From Novakomyces olei (Eukaryota), in the NCBI GenBank assembly GCA_016906335.1, contig JADEYG010000004.1, forward strand, positions 496,001-560,000: a stretch of DNA of 64,000 nucleotides, written 5' to 3'. This document shows positions 24,101 to 40,189 of this stretch, piece after piece. The position numbers and the translations under genes were made by a program. Under the pieces are notes generated by a model, which ran no database searches, had not been told where the DNA came from, and saw only the letters and a list, made by a program, of their open reading frames with translations. Positions within the stretch are counted from its first letter, which is position 1. Each line of letters begins with the position of its first letter.

Positions 24101-24475
24101 TTTGGGCTCTTTTTACGGTGGACAGTAAGTGCTTATTTGAAGAACATATCTTCTACTATATTTAATCTCTTTGCTAAACTAGCATTCTACAAAATTTGGG
24201 GTTCTCTTTTTAGTTTTGTTTATTAATACGTGTTTTGTCTGTTGCTTAATTCATTTACCCGCTCGATACTAATTTCCAGCTATATTAGCTACACTTTTAC
24301 CGACAAAGTTCGGGGATTAGACGGCGCAGAGCTGGAGAATGAAGATCCTGGAGAAAGCCAAGAGCGCATTGGAGCTCGGCGATGGGTTTACGCCAGCGAT
24401 AAAACGGTGCGACCTGCCTCGTTTGACGAGGTGTCAAAATCGAAAGCGTATCTATTATTCTATGAACGTGTTTGA
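21104..24475 (+). CDS. Ubiquitin C-terminal hydrolase with zf-UBP domain, USP16/USP45-like (3 introns)
   Basis: WMCLHCGGLFCGRYDKQHALTH (zf-UBP), GLSNLGNTCYFNS, QQMDAHE, LTLHLKRF, VVHLGSFYGGHY, AYLLFYERV. Confidence 0.92.
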
Positions 24476-24898
24476 TATCTGAATGGATCTGAGTCTGCTT
24501 TATTGTTTATTTTACCATTTGTCTATACAGCCGCCGACGAATATTACATGTGACTGCGACTTTCCTTCCGATCAAGCCTGAAATGAGATTTTATCGGATT
24601 GAAGAGGTCTTGACGGCAAATATACGAGCTCCACAGTTGATGGCAATTTTATATTTCTTGCCAGCATCTTTATGACCATTCACATTACGCTTACTTGATG
24701 CTGTAGAGGATTATAAGGCATCGTTTTTGCATGTAGTAATACCTACACTATTTCTCAAGTAACAATACGCTAGTATTATGTAAAGTCAGCTGTTATCTCG
24801 CTCTTGTCACCCGCGTTTCAAGTAATCATGCTGCGAATATTCAGCCGAAAATAATACACTTGTTGAGTATTGTATAGTAAGTAATACTACCAAACACC

Positions 24899-24995
24899 GA
24901 TTCCATTGGTTTAACGATTCCATTGATTTAATGATTACATTGTGTCTAATGATTTAATTGCGTATAATTATTACATAACAGCGTATAACGATACC
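24899..24995. repeat. Degenerate ~17-18 bp minisatellite
   Basis: GATTCCATTGGTTTAAC-like unit, ~5 decaying copies upstream of the MFS gene. Confidence 0.7.
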
Positions 24996-25132
24996 ATCGC
25001 GCACCTTATCGGAGGGACGTTTTTGCCGGATACAAAGTAAAGAAATTAGATAAGGAGGATCTATATTTTCAATATATACGGCAGTTTTGGATCAGTTTCT
25101 ATCACACAAACTGCAATTGCTCTCAGTCTAAA

Positions 25133-27144
25133 ATGGTTCGAGCAGATGAGCGTACGCCTTTGTTAGACAATGATTTGCCTCCACCATTGGCGCCAACTGC
25201 GCCGACAGCGGCAGAACAGCCAGTTGCGCCCTCCGACGACTATACACCGCCTTCTAAGCTTTCTGTGATTCCCGCACTTTGGGTTGGCGGATTCCTCAGC
25301 GCCTTGGGTACGACGGTTCTTGAATTTGCTCTTTGCCTTGTCTGTCGGGTTTTATTCACTTTGCCGAGCCGTTTGTGCCTTGCATTCACTGACTTTTACA
25401 GACATGACTATCGTTGCTTCGTCATACAGCTCAATCGGTAATTGGATCAAAAAAAAAAAAAAAAAAAAGCTTTGTTTTAAAAGGCTTTGTTCTTAACTTG
25501 GACAATCTTTTTTTTTATTTCAAGATGATTCTTACTTTAGGCAACGACTTTGATTCTTTGGATAAAATGGTTTACGTTGCGATATCGTACCTTATTACAA
25601 ACACTGCATCTCAACCGCTATACGGCCGACTGTCAGATATCTTTGGTCGCAAGCAGGCACTTGCGTTTGCGAATTTCATTTTCGCTGTAGGAATGCTGTG
25701 GTGCAGTTTGGCTGGCAGCGTTTGGCAATTGACGGCTGCTCGAGCAATAGCGGGAATTGGCGGCGGCGGTCTGGCTACTCTATCGAGCATTATCACCTCT
25801 GATATAATTCCCCTTCGTGAACGCGGAACTTGGCAAGGCTATACAAACATTGTCTGGGGTAAGTCGAGTGCCCTTTTTTTTTAATTCGTATTCTTGTTTC
25901 TGCCCTTTTCTTTTCTTTTTTATTCAATTTCCTCCTCACATTCTTACAATTAGGCTCTGGAGGATCGTTGGGTGGACCGTTAGGCGGCTGGCTGTCTGAT
26001 TCACCTCTGGGCTGGCGATCTACGTTCTATCTCCAAGTGCCTTTTGCCATTATGTCGATGCTGTTAGTGTTGCGCAATGTGAATGTCCGGCCTAAAGTAC
26101 GAGGAGGAGGCGACAAGTCGCTGAAGCGTGTTGACTTTCTCGGGGGTCTGACTTTGGTAAGACTACAGACATCCGTTATATTATATTAGCGTTTGTCAAT
26201 GCTGGCTGTTCTAACGACAGGTCATCACCATTTCGACGCTTGTCCTGGGCGTAAACCTGGGCGGCAACGCTTTCCCATGGACGAGTCCGGTTATTATTGG
26301 CTCTCTAGTGGCATCAGCCGTATTTCTCTGCCTTTTCATCTACATTGAAGGTTATTGGGCCCAAGAGCCTATTCTTCCTCTGCACATTTTGGCTAAACTG
26401 ACTCCTTTTGGCTGTGCCTTTGGCAACATGTTTAATGCAATGGTGTTCTTCTCAATTATATACACAATGCCCCTGTTTTTCCAGGTCACTTACTCCCTTT
26501 CCAGTGGCGTTGCAGGGGCATTACTTGTTCCACAGGTCGTTTCTACCAGCCTCGGCAGTTTGGTGTCTGGGTTTGAAATGCGCCGGACCGGAAGGTACCG
26601 TGGCCTTGTCATAACAGGGTTTTTCCTCCTTCTTGCGGGTACTGCGCTATTGGCCGCATTGGCAACGGGCAAGATCTCCCGCTACGGTTTATCAGGCGTA
26701 ATGACGGTTATCGGGTTCGGGTACGGTGTTAATCTGACTACTACACTTATCGCGCTTATAAGTGCCCTTGATGTGGAAGACCAGGCAGTTGCTACTGGCT
26801 TAAGCTACCTTTTCCGATCAAGTGGAAGTGTTTTTGGTATAACCCTAACGCAAACTGCCCTGGTGAATCTTTTGTCCCGAGATTTGTTGTCCGCACTGAA
26901 GGGCAAAAGGCAAGCAAAGAAATGGGCGAGAGCTATAAAGGAATCGGTGGACTCGATCGACAAGCTGAAACCCAAATGGCAGCGGGCTGTGAGATTTGCT
27001 TACACTATGGACTTGAGATGGTGCCTTTGGCTGGTCGTAGTCTTTGCGGCAATCGCTTTTGCTTTCAGTCTCTGTGTGCAGGAGCATACACTGCACAAGA
27101 CTGTAAACCGAGATGGCGAAGACGAAGAGCCGGAGCAGCCTTAG
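25133..27144 (+). CDS. MFS 14-TM transporter, Vba/Fnx-like (4 introns)
   Basis: ERTPLL dileucine sorting motif, LSALDMTIV, QPLYGRLSDIFGRK, AGIGGGG, GGPLGG, EPILPL. Confidence 0.9.
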
Positions 27145-27456
27145 GGCATATACTGTATAGATAATGTAGACTATTTAAAAAAGGTAATGTATTCGAATTT
27201 GTTCAGTGTTTTAGATGTTAAACGTTGTGGATAAAAGTTATGAATTCCGTGCGTGCTTGTATTAATGCTACCCGTAGTACAACAATGCCCTTGATTTCAG
27301 ACAGATAGTAGAGTCAACTTGCAAAGTGAAGCATTTCACGTTTGCATGTTCAAAGAAGTTTATTACTATGCTCGAAAACTATGGAAATCTACATAAAAAA
27401 GATCTCTTTTCTCACCGGCACATCTCATGTGACACTGATGAATTAGATTCACCGCG

Positions 27457-28650
27457 TGTCAGTATAAGAGGTGTCGGTCAGAGGGATCTCTAAGGCACTG
27501 ACGGGTTATATGCGCCGGTGGACGTTGTGACTCTGTTATTGAACGAATACACACAACGGTGCAAATAGCAATCAGAACAATAAGAGTGGGTCACCAGCGG
27601 TAAGGTCCTGCTGTGAGCACTAGGCCAGCGGTGTCCCTCCAAGATCAACTTTCAAATCCATAGTGCTCCAACTTAATACAAACAAGATCAATGCTTGAGA
27701 GCACCCCCCAGCTGGCTATACAGCACAGAAGCTGATGAAGCCCGATCTTGCCGTACAAGCGGAATGGAAATTAGGCCAATGCATGGAAAACCGTGTTCCA
27801 ACGCAATACAACTGCCAAATGCCAAATCAACTAGCCCAAAGCCACCCCTCTATGCCTAGCGGAAATCTGCCCAGTCCTAAAGCCACAGTGGGCGATAGCG
27901 GTAGTCCTTGTCCGGACCTGAGACATAGAGGGGCCCCGAACGTGCCGTCTCCAAAGTCAATGCAGGGCCAAAAAATCACCGAAAAACCTGGAAAGACTCC
28001 AAAAAAAGGGAGGAATGGCCACGCCGGTATCGAACACCCATTACCGAGCGGAAAACAAGCCCTGCAACCACAAGTTTGAGCGGACAGAGTCCGTACCCCA
28101 GCTAAAAGGTGATTTACCAGGTGACAAACAAGTGCGGGAAATAGCGTCCGGACCTCGGGATCCCGAAGGATGGGGAACTAGGGGAGCGAAACCACCTGGC
28201 TTTATACCCTGGCCATGAGGCCTTTAGCAAATTAGCAATCACAGAAACGTTCTAATGTCCTCAGTTGCGGGTACGAAAACGTGAAAAGGGCTCAAAAAAA
28301 TGGGACTCAGAAACGTTCCAATTCCCTCAACCTTAATCACGAAAACGGGTGAATTGCTCCGAAAACAGGACTATGATCACAGAAACGTTGTAATCCCCTC
28401 AATGCTGATCACGAAAACGGGTGAAAGCACATGAAAAAGTCGTGCCGGTCCTGTTTTCGTGTTCATATCGTCTGTGTTTTCCCTGTTTTCATAACGATTA
28501 GCCTATTTTGGATGCGGTAGGGTCGGTTTTCGTTACGATAAACCCATATTGGGCACCATTAGCGTTGTGGATGAATGTGATTGGCCAATTCAATTTTCAG
28601 AGGTACAGTTTCGTTCTGCAAATTTTCACCAAGTAATAGACCTGATCGCG
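27457..28650 (-). other. Non-coding element: solo LTR-like remnant or structured Pol II ncRNA gene
   Basis: Tandem 66-72 bp repeats, minus-strand TATA at 28201-28206, G/U-rich multi-helix minus strand ending ..ACTGACA; no recognisable ORF; boundaries uncertain. Confidence 0.4.
28237..28440. repeat. Three imperfect direct repeats, period 66-72 bp
   Basis: CAGAAACGTT at 28242, 28308 and 28380, each followed by CCTCA and ACGAAAACG. Confidence 0.9.
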
Positions 28651-28692
28651 TTTTTGTTATTGCTGCTACTTTCCAAAAGTATACGTAATACA

Positions 28693-28782
28693 TGTTTAAG
28701 AGCATAAGTATAGTTTAGAGCGATAGTATAGTTAAGAGCGTAGAGTTAGTTAAGAGCGTAACGGATAGTTAAGAGCGTAAAG
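28693..28782. repeat. ~18 bp minisatellite with core TAGTTAAGAGCG
   Basis: About 5 copies with variable linkers upstream of NMA111. Confidence 0.85.
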
Positions 28783-29001
28783 TATAGTGAAAATAGAGTA
28801 GGGTATAGTGCAAAAATAATAGCATGAAAAGTACAGCTTAAAAGTACGATACATACTGAGTGCAGAAAGTAGTAATAAGTCCTAAGTCTACGATTAAGTC
28901 GAGCCGAGTATATTGCGGTTATACGCAAGCTATACAAATGTTAGGCACAAAACCATTTGTTTTAGGCATAAAAAGTCAATTGTCAAATATTTTTGGCACG
29001 T

Positions 29002-32000
29002 ATGGTGCAGGTATCAGATGGGAGAGGGCCTATGTATATCGATGGCGGAGAGCAGGTTGATGGTGAACGTGGGGGCAAGAGACGACGTACGAGTGTTACA
29101 AGGCCAGGGCAACATGAAAATGGCGAAGCAGAGAACGAAGCTAAAGAAAGTGCAACAGCAGCAGCAGCTGCTGCTGCGGCTTTAAATACTACTGGATCAG
29201 TGGCCGTAGTTGAGTCCGACGCTTGGAGAGACGCGGTGCGAAGGGTCACTCAGAGTGTAGTGTCCATACGGTTTTCTCAAGTAGTCTCTTTTGACACTGA
29301 TCCCGCTGAAACTGGAGAGGCGAGCGGGTTTATTGTAGACACGGAAAATGGGTATATTCTTACGAATCGACATGTCGCGTGTGCAGGACCGGTAAGAGAG
29401 CATTTTTCTCAATGTGGGCTTGCGAATTGACAAAATAATCCTCTTTTCTCGCTCATCTTTCCTTACGCTCTTTTTGATTTTTGAAGTGTTTAATTGCATT
29501 ATTATACTTCTTCAGTATATGGCTCTGACGGTCAATGGCTGAAGGAGATTGTTGCCTGCTTGATCTGCTTTTCATTTCAACAAACTCGCGCAAAATCTGA
29601 CCTGTGGCTCATCGCGCTTGCTTTATCTTATGGATTCTTATCTTGTGGATTCTTATCTTGTGGGTTCTTTTGTTATGGATTCTCGTCTGCCTGTCTTGCC
29701 TTTAGCTATTCGCGTCTTCTCCATGCCAATAACTGCCACTGCTTGTTTTCATAATTTTATTATATAAATATATATTGACCTTCAGTTTGTCGGAGTAGCG
29801 ATTTGCGAGAATCATGAAGAAGTCGACGTTGTCCCCGTGTACCGTGACCCTGTGCACGACTTTGGCATTCTCAAGTTTGATACGTCACGCATTAAATACA
29901 TGCCGCTGCGCTCGATCCCTCTCCGCCCCGACTTGGCCCAGATCGGAACCGAGATCCGGGTCGTTGGCAACGATGCCGGTGAGAAACTTTCCATTCTTGC
30001 CGGCTGGATTTCCCGGGTTGATCGTAACGTGCCAGATTACGGAGACTTTACGTTTAACGATTTTAATACACATTATATTCAGGCAGCAGCAAATGCCAGT
30101 GGTGGCTCTAGTGGGTCCCCCGTAGTTAACATTGAAGGGGCAGCGGTTGCACTGCAAGCAGGAGGCCATATGGAAGCAGCTACTGATTATTTTCTCCCGC
30201 TTGATCGGCCCTTGAGAGCACTGCGCTGCCTGCAAAACGGCGATGCAATAACCCGAGGCACATTGCAAGTACAATGGCTGTTCACTCCCTTTGACCTCTG
30301 CCTTCGTCTCGGCTTGCGTCCCGATACGGAGGCACAAGTTCGGAAAGCCTTCCCGACAACTACGGGTTTGCTGGTGGCAGAGACGGTGCTCGGAAAAGGT
30401 CCCGCGGACGGATTAGTACGTGAAGGAGATATTTTGATCGAGTTGGAGGGCAATCTGCTGGGCCAGTCGGCCCAGCAATTTATCCAGCTCGAGTCTAAAC
30501 TAGACTCCAGTGTCGGCGGTAGCGTTGCTTTGACATTACAAAGAGGCGGCTCTGACGTTCAGGTCAGTTGCAAAGTACAGGACACTCACGCGATAACCCC
30601 GGCCCAGTATTTAGAGGTTGCTGGAGCAAAATTTCATAATCTTTCCTACCAACTGGCCCGGTGCTTTGCGATTCCAGTTACTGGAGTCTTTATCGCTGAA
30701 CCTGCCGGCTCTTTTGCTCTAAGGCCCGGGTCGAGTACCGGGGAAGAAGGGTTCCTGTTGGAGTCGTTGGATTATCGGCCAGTCGGCGATTTGCATGATT
30801 TAATAGCAATAATGAGGTCACTGCCGGACAGGAAGCGGGTAGTTGTCGGGTACAGGCTGTTGCAGGATATGCACTCTTTACAGACCGAAATTGTCGCTCT
30901 TGATCGGCACTGGAACTCGCAGTTTAACCTAGTTGTTTGCAATTACTCTACGGGCAATTGGGATTTTGTTGATTTGAAAAGATATAGTGTCGAGCAGGTG
31001 GATGGAAGTGATTTGGAAAGTGAAGGCCATAAAGATAAAGAGCAAGGAATCAAGGGGACAACGCTTGAAATCCCCATATCAAAGACAGCTAGACTGATCG
31101 CTACACCCATCGAGTCGGCTGCTTCAAAGGCATCGGCCACACAACCGACTCTTGAGCCAATCAAGCCGCAAAAAGCCTCCTTCAACAGCCTACTGCAGAC
31201 GCTCGGCCCACTGTCCCAACTGGCCTGCAGCTTTGTACGGGTGTTTTACTACATGCCAATGGCGATTGACGGCTTTTACGCGAGTCGCAGTGAGGGAATG
31301 GCTATGATAGTAGACGCCCAGCTCGGGCTGGCGGTCACGAGCCGGGCTATTGTTCCTTATGCTTTAGGCGATTTAGATGTGCAGGTAGCAGAGAGTGTAA
31401 TTGTCCCCGCCAAAGTAGTGTACCTCGACCCTCTGGAAAACATTGCCATTATCCAGTTTGATCCCACCCTGGTCCTGCTGCAACTCGGTCAAGCTGAACT
31501 ATCCCACCAAACGCCGGAGCAAGGCCAGCGGGTACAGTTCCTTGGCTTTGCTACACTATCGGGAGTGCCTTCCGTGGCGGAAACGAGAATAGTAGACGTA
31601 ACGAGTGCAAGTGTAGCTGAATCAGCGACTCCACGATTCCGAGCCTTGAATTTTGACTGTGTTTCTGTAGAGAGTACGTTTGCCAATAACTGTGCAGCGG
31701 GAGCAGTTGCCGATGACCGTGGCCGGGTCATTGCTCTGTGGCTGCCTTTTCTCTGTGCCGATGACACGGTCAGTGGGAAACGGGTTGTAATGAACAAGGG
31801 AATGGACACGACTACTCTGTCTTGGGCCTTGAACATTCTGAGAAAGAAAGAGACGCCGGTGCCGTTTATTTTCAATATAGAAATTCAAGCCGTCGGCATA
31901 AGTCAGGCCCGGCTGTACGGGGTCAGTGAGGCGTGGACGCAGAGGGTAGCGGAAGCGAACCCGACGCGTCGGCAGCTGTTCCGTGTTAATCGGGTAGAAG

Positions 32001-32644
32001 CCGGGTGTGAACGGGTGTTGGAGGAAAATGATATAATATTGGCGATACAAGGTGCAGTAGTCACACGCACACAGCAATTGCGGCTCTATGGCCAAGACGA
32101 AACGGAAAACAATGACGCGTCTAGCACAACTACGACAGAAAAACGCGTAAACGTCACTGTATTACGCGCGGGACAGGAAAGGCTATTAAAAGTGCCGTTG
32201 TTGCGGGCGGACAATGAGTATATTGACTGCATAGTCTCCGCACTTGGAGCCCTTTTCCAGGCACCGAGTCGAGCAGTGCGGCAGCAATCGCGAAACCTGC
32301 CGTCCAAGGTTTACGTAACAGCGCGGAGCAAAGGATCTCCGGCTTATCAGTTTGGACTGGTGGCAACAACGTGGGTCACACACGTGAACGAGGTGGAAAC
32401 GCTGGACTTGGACGCGTTTGTGGAGCACATTTCTAAAGTACGGGAGGGCGAGTATGTAAGGCTACGATGTGTGACTTTTGATAATGTGAGGTTTGTTGTA
32501 ACATTAAAGATGGACCAGCATTGGTTTCCCACTGTGCAGCTCGTGCGGCGCGGCAGTATCGGCCATGGCGAATGGCTCAGGTACGTGTGGGCCGATGGCA
32601 AGTGCCATGAGAGTGCAGAGCGCATTGAGTATGGCTGGAAATGA
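29002..32644 (+). CDS. NMA111: HtrA-family nuclear serine protease Nma111/Ynm3 (intron ~29392-29785)
   Basis: [38 protein letters not shown] domains and a second degenerate protease domain; first ATG uncertain. Confidence 0.95.
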
Positions 32645-32973
32645 GTATATAATAAATAATAAACGATACAGAATATAGAATAAAATGCATAAATAAAATG
32701 ATCAGACTATAATAATTGGAATAAGTATTAGAATAAAATAATTAGAGTATTATCACACTAAATAAAAGTCTGATTAGAACTAGTTTGTGAATTAATCCAA
32801 AATAGAGAAGGCGTAATTAGAGCTACGTTGCAGATGATGTATTATATAGCAAGCGAATATTTATACTGTGATGTGAATTTTCGTCAGTATTAGTCGCAAT
32901 GCTTTACCATAAATGAAATATTCAATAATAAATTGGTTCTGCTCAAAGTGATATCGCGCGACCTGTACTCGCG

Positions 32974-33160
32974 TTATTCAATGTATTAGCAATATATTAG
33001 CAATATATTAGCAATATATTAGCAATATATTAGCAATGTATTAGCAATATATTAGCAATGTATATATTAGCAATGTATTAGCAATGCTATTCCAATGTTA
33101 TTCCAATGTTATTCCAATGTTATTCCAATGTTATTCCAATGTTTATTGCAATGTTATTGG
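32974..33160. repeat. 11 bp minisatellite grading from TATTAGCAATA to TATTCCAATGT
   Basis: About 16 units in the H3 upstream region. Confidence 0.92.
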
Positions 33161-33261
33161 CAGTATTCATCGTTATTTATTTGTTTACTCGTACCAAATT
33201 CCGCGCCATAAACAAAATTCCAAGCGACCGTTATCATTGTACGTAATTACTTAATTTTCGA

Positions 33262-33774
<513 letters not shown>

Positions 33775-34490
33775 ACTGGGTACATTATAAATCACGGATG
33801 ATCAAGCTGGCCTGGCTGGGTTGACGGCTGGTCAGAAAAGGGGCATCTTTTGGAAAGGAAATGGGTCGTTTTTTTCCCACTGGTTTATGATGATGGCATA
33901 CAAGACGGGACGGACCGCGTGACTGCTTGTGCGTGTCCGTATTGTCTCGGCGTTTGGAATGGGTCGGAGACTTGGCAGCTATACCGCTATTTTTATCTAG
34001 TTTGTATTAGCGTTGGAAGTGGTGGGCTTTGATTATGTTTCTCTTTGGTCGGCAATAATTCATGTCGTTTACTGTATTTGCCACACCCATCGGTGTAGAG
34101 TCTTGTGCTCATGTAGAGCCAATAACGTTTTTTATAAAAATTATAGTTTGTAATTTTCGGTTTTAGTATTAGGGTTTATAATAAATTATTAGCATGATAA
34201 TTTGTTTTATATAGATAAAGTTGTAGATGATTAAATTATTATTATTTTATTATTATTATTTATTATTACAGTAATGGCTGTAAATTCTATTTATGGCGTA
34301 TACACCAATCATGAAGGAAAAATCAATACTCAGCTGAATTATTAGATAATATTCTCATATTTGAAAAAGACAATTTAATATTAAAAAGATAATTTAATAT
34401 TAAAAAGATATTATTCCAAATATTATAAACACAATGTGCATGCAGTTCAATGTAGAGTGATTAGCCTATGACTCTTCCCCTATGTACTAT

Positions 34491-37207
<2,717 letters not shown>

Positions 37208-37705
37208 CGCTTCTGCCTCGGATCACAGACGGCAGCTGCCGTATATTAACTACGCACGTGAGCGGCAAACAAGTCTGTCACATGTGTACGCTATACGAGC
37301 GCTACGCCTTCAGCAAAGGCCATCGTCTGCTTTGAGTTTGCCTTCATTCATGGATGGCAGCTGTTGTTATTGTATGTATTCGGTGTAGTATATATATAAA
37401 TTTATATGGAACAGTTAATATAGTGAGAAATTACAAGTGTATGATTTATGATAAGAACGACAAGTCGACTTTAAATATTATTAAAAAAAAAAAAAGATAA
37501 ATACAAGTACGAGGACCCGATAAACGAGCCGCTGCTAAACAAGATCTTCAATGAATCGCAGAATAATGCGGTCTTTTTTACCAGCGTAGCCGAGCGTTCT
37601 TTTGCAAATACAAACGTTTCGTCTCGTCTATTGTACATACTATTTTATTGAAAGTCGAATAAAATTTATCAATTAATGTATACATCTAATATTCTTTAAT
37701 CTATT

Positions 37706-39977
37706 CTATTCGCCCAATCGATCCTGATGTAGGCCCATTGGCTTGAAAGCTTCTCCCTCAATACTCCTCGCTTCCTCGGAAAACGCCTCCGTAGACCGAT
37801 CCATCAGTCTCTGTAAATCAGCATCTGAAATAATCTCATCCCCCTCTGCTTTGACAACAAAGTTTTCCGATTGGTTTCGAAGCATCACTTGCGGAATCTC
37901 TGCTAATTCATCAGAATCCTCGTCGACACCATTACTGTCTGGCTTTTGAGTATTGCCTCTCCTCTTTGTCCGACCAAACTTTCCGTTTTGTATAACTAGT
38001 TGCTCGAGTTTCCGTTTCCGATTTGCCTTGTCCAGAATAGCGGTCTCCACACTATTAGCACTAGCCAGCCGGTAGACGATTACTGGCAATGTTTGGCCAA
38101 TACGATGAACACGGTCCTGTGCCTGCAAATCCTGCTGAGGATTCCAATCAGAATCGTATATGATGACCGTGTCGGCCGCAGTCAGATTAATCCCTAATCC
38201 ACCGGCACGAGTAGAAATGAGAAAGACAGATATCGATTTATTGTTATTAAACTGTGCAATTTGCTCACTGCGCTCTTGCTGGGAAAAGGACCCATCGATT
38301 CTGCAAACTTGCCAACCCTTCACGTCCTCCAGCCATAATTGTAACAGGTCCAGCATTGAGGTAAACTGACTGAAAATGAGTGTGCGGTGGCCTTTATCTT
38401 TGAGCGATCCAAGTAGCCGGTCAAGCAACATCATTTTTCCAGACTCTGTCATGAGAGTCTTGTCCGCAATGTACCGATCCGTCCCGGCAACTACCGGATG
38501 GTACAGCAGGTAAGGATGGTCACAGACTTTACGCAACTGCATAATCATATTACGGAGCCCTAGGCGGGACAAGGGTTCGTGCTCCTTGCCATTCGGTTGC
38601 CCTAACACTTGTTCATTGGGCTCGGTTTCAGATTCAGATTCGTCAGCTGGTTCTTCTTCACTTGCATTATCTTTTCTACTTTCTCCTCCTTCTTCTTCTT
38701 CGTCCTCATCCGACTCGCGATAATTGACCTTTTGCCTATGCCGTTTGCCAGTGCTCGATATATTACGTTTACGCAGAGGACGAGAACCATAAAGCTCATT
38801 CATATACTCCCGCAGTTTACCGTCAAGAATAGCCGCATAAATCTGCGTTTGCGTCTGTGTCATTGGCGCATAGAGCACATACTCCCGCTTCGGTGGAAGC
38901 GAAAGCTCAACGTCCGATTTGACTCGTCGCAATAAAAACGGCTTTAATATATGATGCAGGTTGGATACAAGATGATCCTGCTTCTCCTTTTGCAAAAGGT
39001 CTTGATTGGATGCTTCGGCGCTGGCAGAATCATCGTGCAACACGGAAAAATCAAACCATTTTTGAAACATTTCCAAATCGTCAAAGATATCGGGCAGCAG
39101 GAAATTCAGTAATGTCCATAATTCAGCCAGATTGTTTTGTAAAGGTGTGCCTGTAAGCAACAGTCTATTTGCAGTTTCATAGCTCTTGAGTTCTTTGATC
39201 AAACGGCAATTCAAATTTTTAATACGATGGCCCTCGTCTACAACGACGTACTTCCAATGGTAATTGTGCAAGAACTTTCTGTCGTTCATCACCATCTCAT
39301 AGGACGTCACAACAATAGGAAACTTTGCCGTCCCGATCAGTGATCGCTGTAGGTACTTTTGTCTCTGTACCCGTCGCTCGTCCTTTGTCCCGTGGTACAG
39401 TATACAGGGTATTTTGGGGGCAAATTTCTTTATCTCCGCGGTCCAGTTTGCAATAGTGGACAAGGGCGCAGCTACGAGAAACGGTCCGTTTGAACCAACC
39501 TGCCTCAGGAAAGCAAAGAAGGCTATCGTCTGTAAGGTCTTGCCGAGACCCATTTCGTCGGCCAAAATGCCGTTCAGGCCGTTGGAATAAAGCGAAATAA
39601 GCCATTCGAGTCCAGCTAGCTGGTAGTCTCGCATAGCACACCCCGTCACTAGTTCAGGCTGTCGCGTAGTAGAAGAAGGTTTAGTAGGAGCATTGATATT
39701 TTCGCTGGCAGATTCTTCATCTTGCCCTGTTCCGTTCGCCCTATTTCTAGTGTTTGCCGGCCGTTTTCGCGGTCCACTTTCCAAAGCTTCCCGTAACCCT
39801 TTCTGCCGCTGCTCATCTTGCTCACGTTCCAGTTTTTCCGATAAAATTGACGTATAGATTTTGGATTTTTCAATAAGAAATTGGAGACGCGCGTACTTTC
39901 GATCGCTGTCCAGTTTGGAGATATCCTACTCGGCGTTAGTAACGCAAAACAATGAGAATACCGACCTCTGCGGCCAT
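37706..39977 (-). CDS. IRC5: SNF2 ATPase of the Lsh/HELLS/DDM1/Irc5 subfamily (1 intron)
   Basis: RLQFLIEKSKIYTSIL N-terminal motif, GILADEMGLGKTLQ, VVDEGHRIKNLNCRLIKEL, QDLQAQDRVHRIGQ. Confidence 0.92.
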
Positions 39978-40189
39978 TCGGCCCGAGACGCGTTGTCCTA
40001 TCAGTGTTTATAACGTGTATTCTTATATATTATTATATATATTATTATATAAACGAATATATATATAAATTACTCTAAATTACTACAAATTACGCGGATT
40101 TTTATATTTACATACGCGAAAAGTGCCATTCGCTTATTGCCCACGTGTAGAGTTTAGTGCACATGTCTTTACTGTACTCTTTCTGCACT

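Noticed and set aside
24691-24762. Possible three-way junction (TTACTTGA/TCAAGTAA)
   Set aside because: Short AT-rich helices of this length are expected by chance in 64 kb.
27735-28218. ORFs 27735-28079 and 28015-28218 as proteins; CTGATGA..GAAA at 27732 as a hammerhead; ACCUUUUAG as U5 loop 1
   Set aside because: No recognisable domains; the hammerhead stem II closure and UH site are missing; the U5 closing stem is absent.
28237-28782. CRISPR-like look of spaced repeats
   Set aside because: Eukaryotic context, similar spacers, degenerate repeats and no cas genes; these are ordinary tandem repeats.
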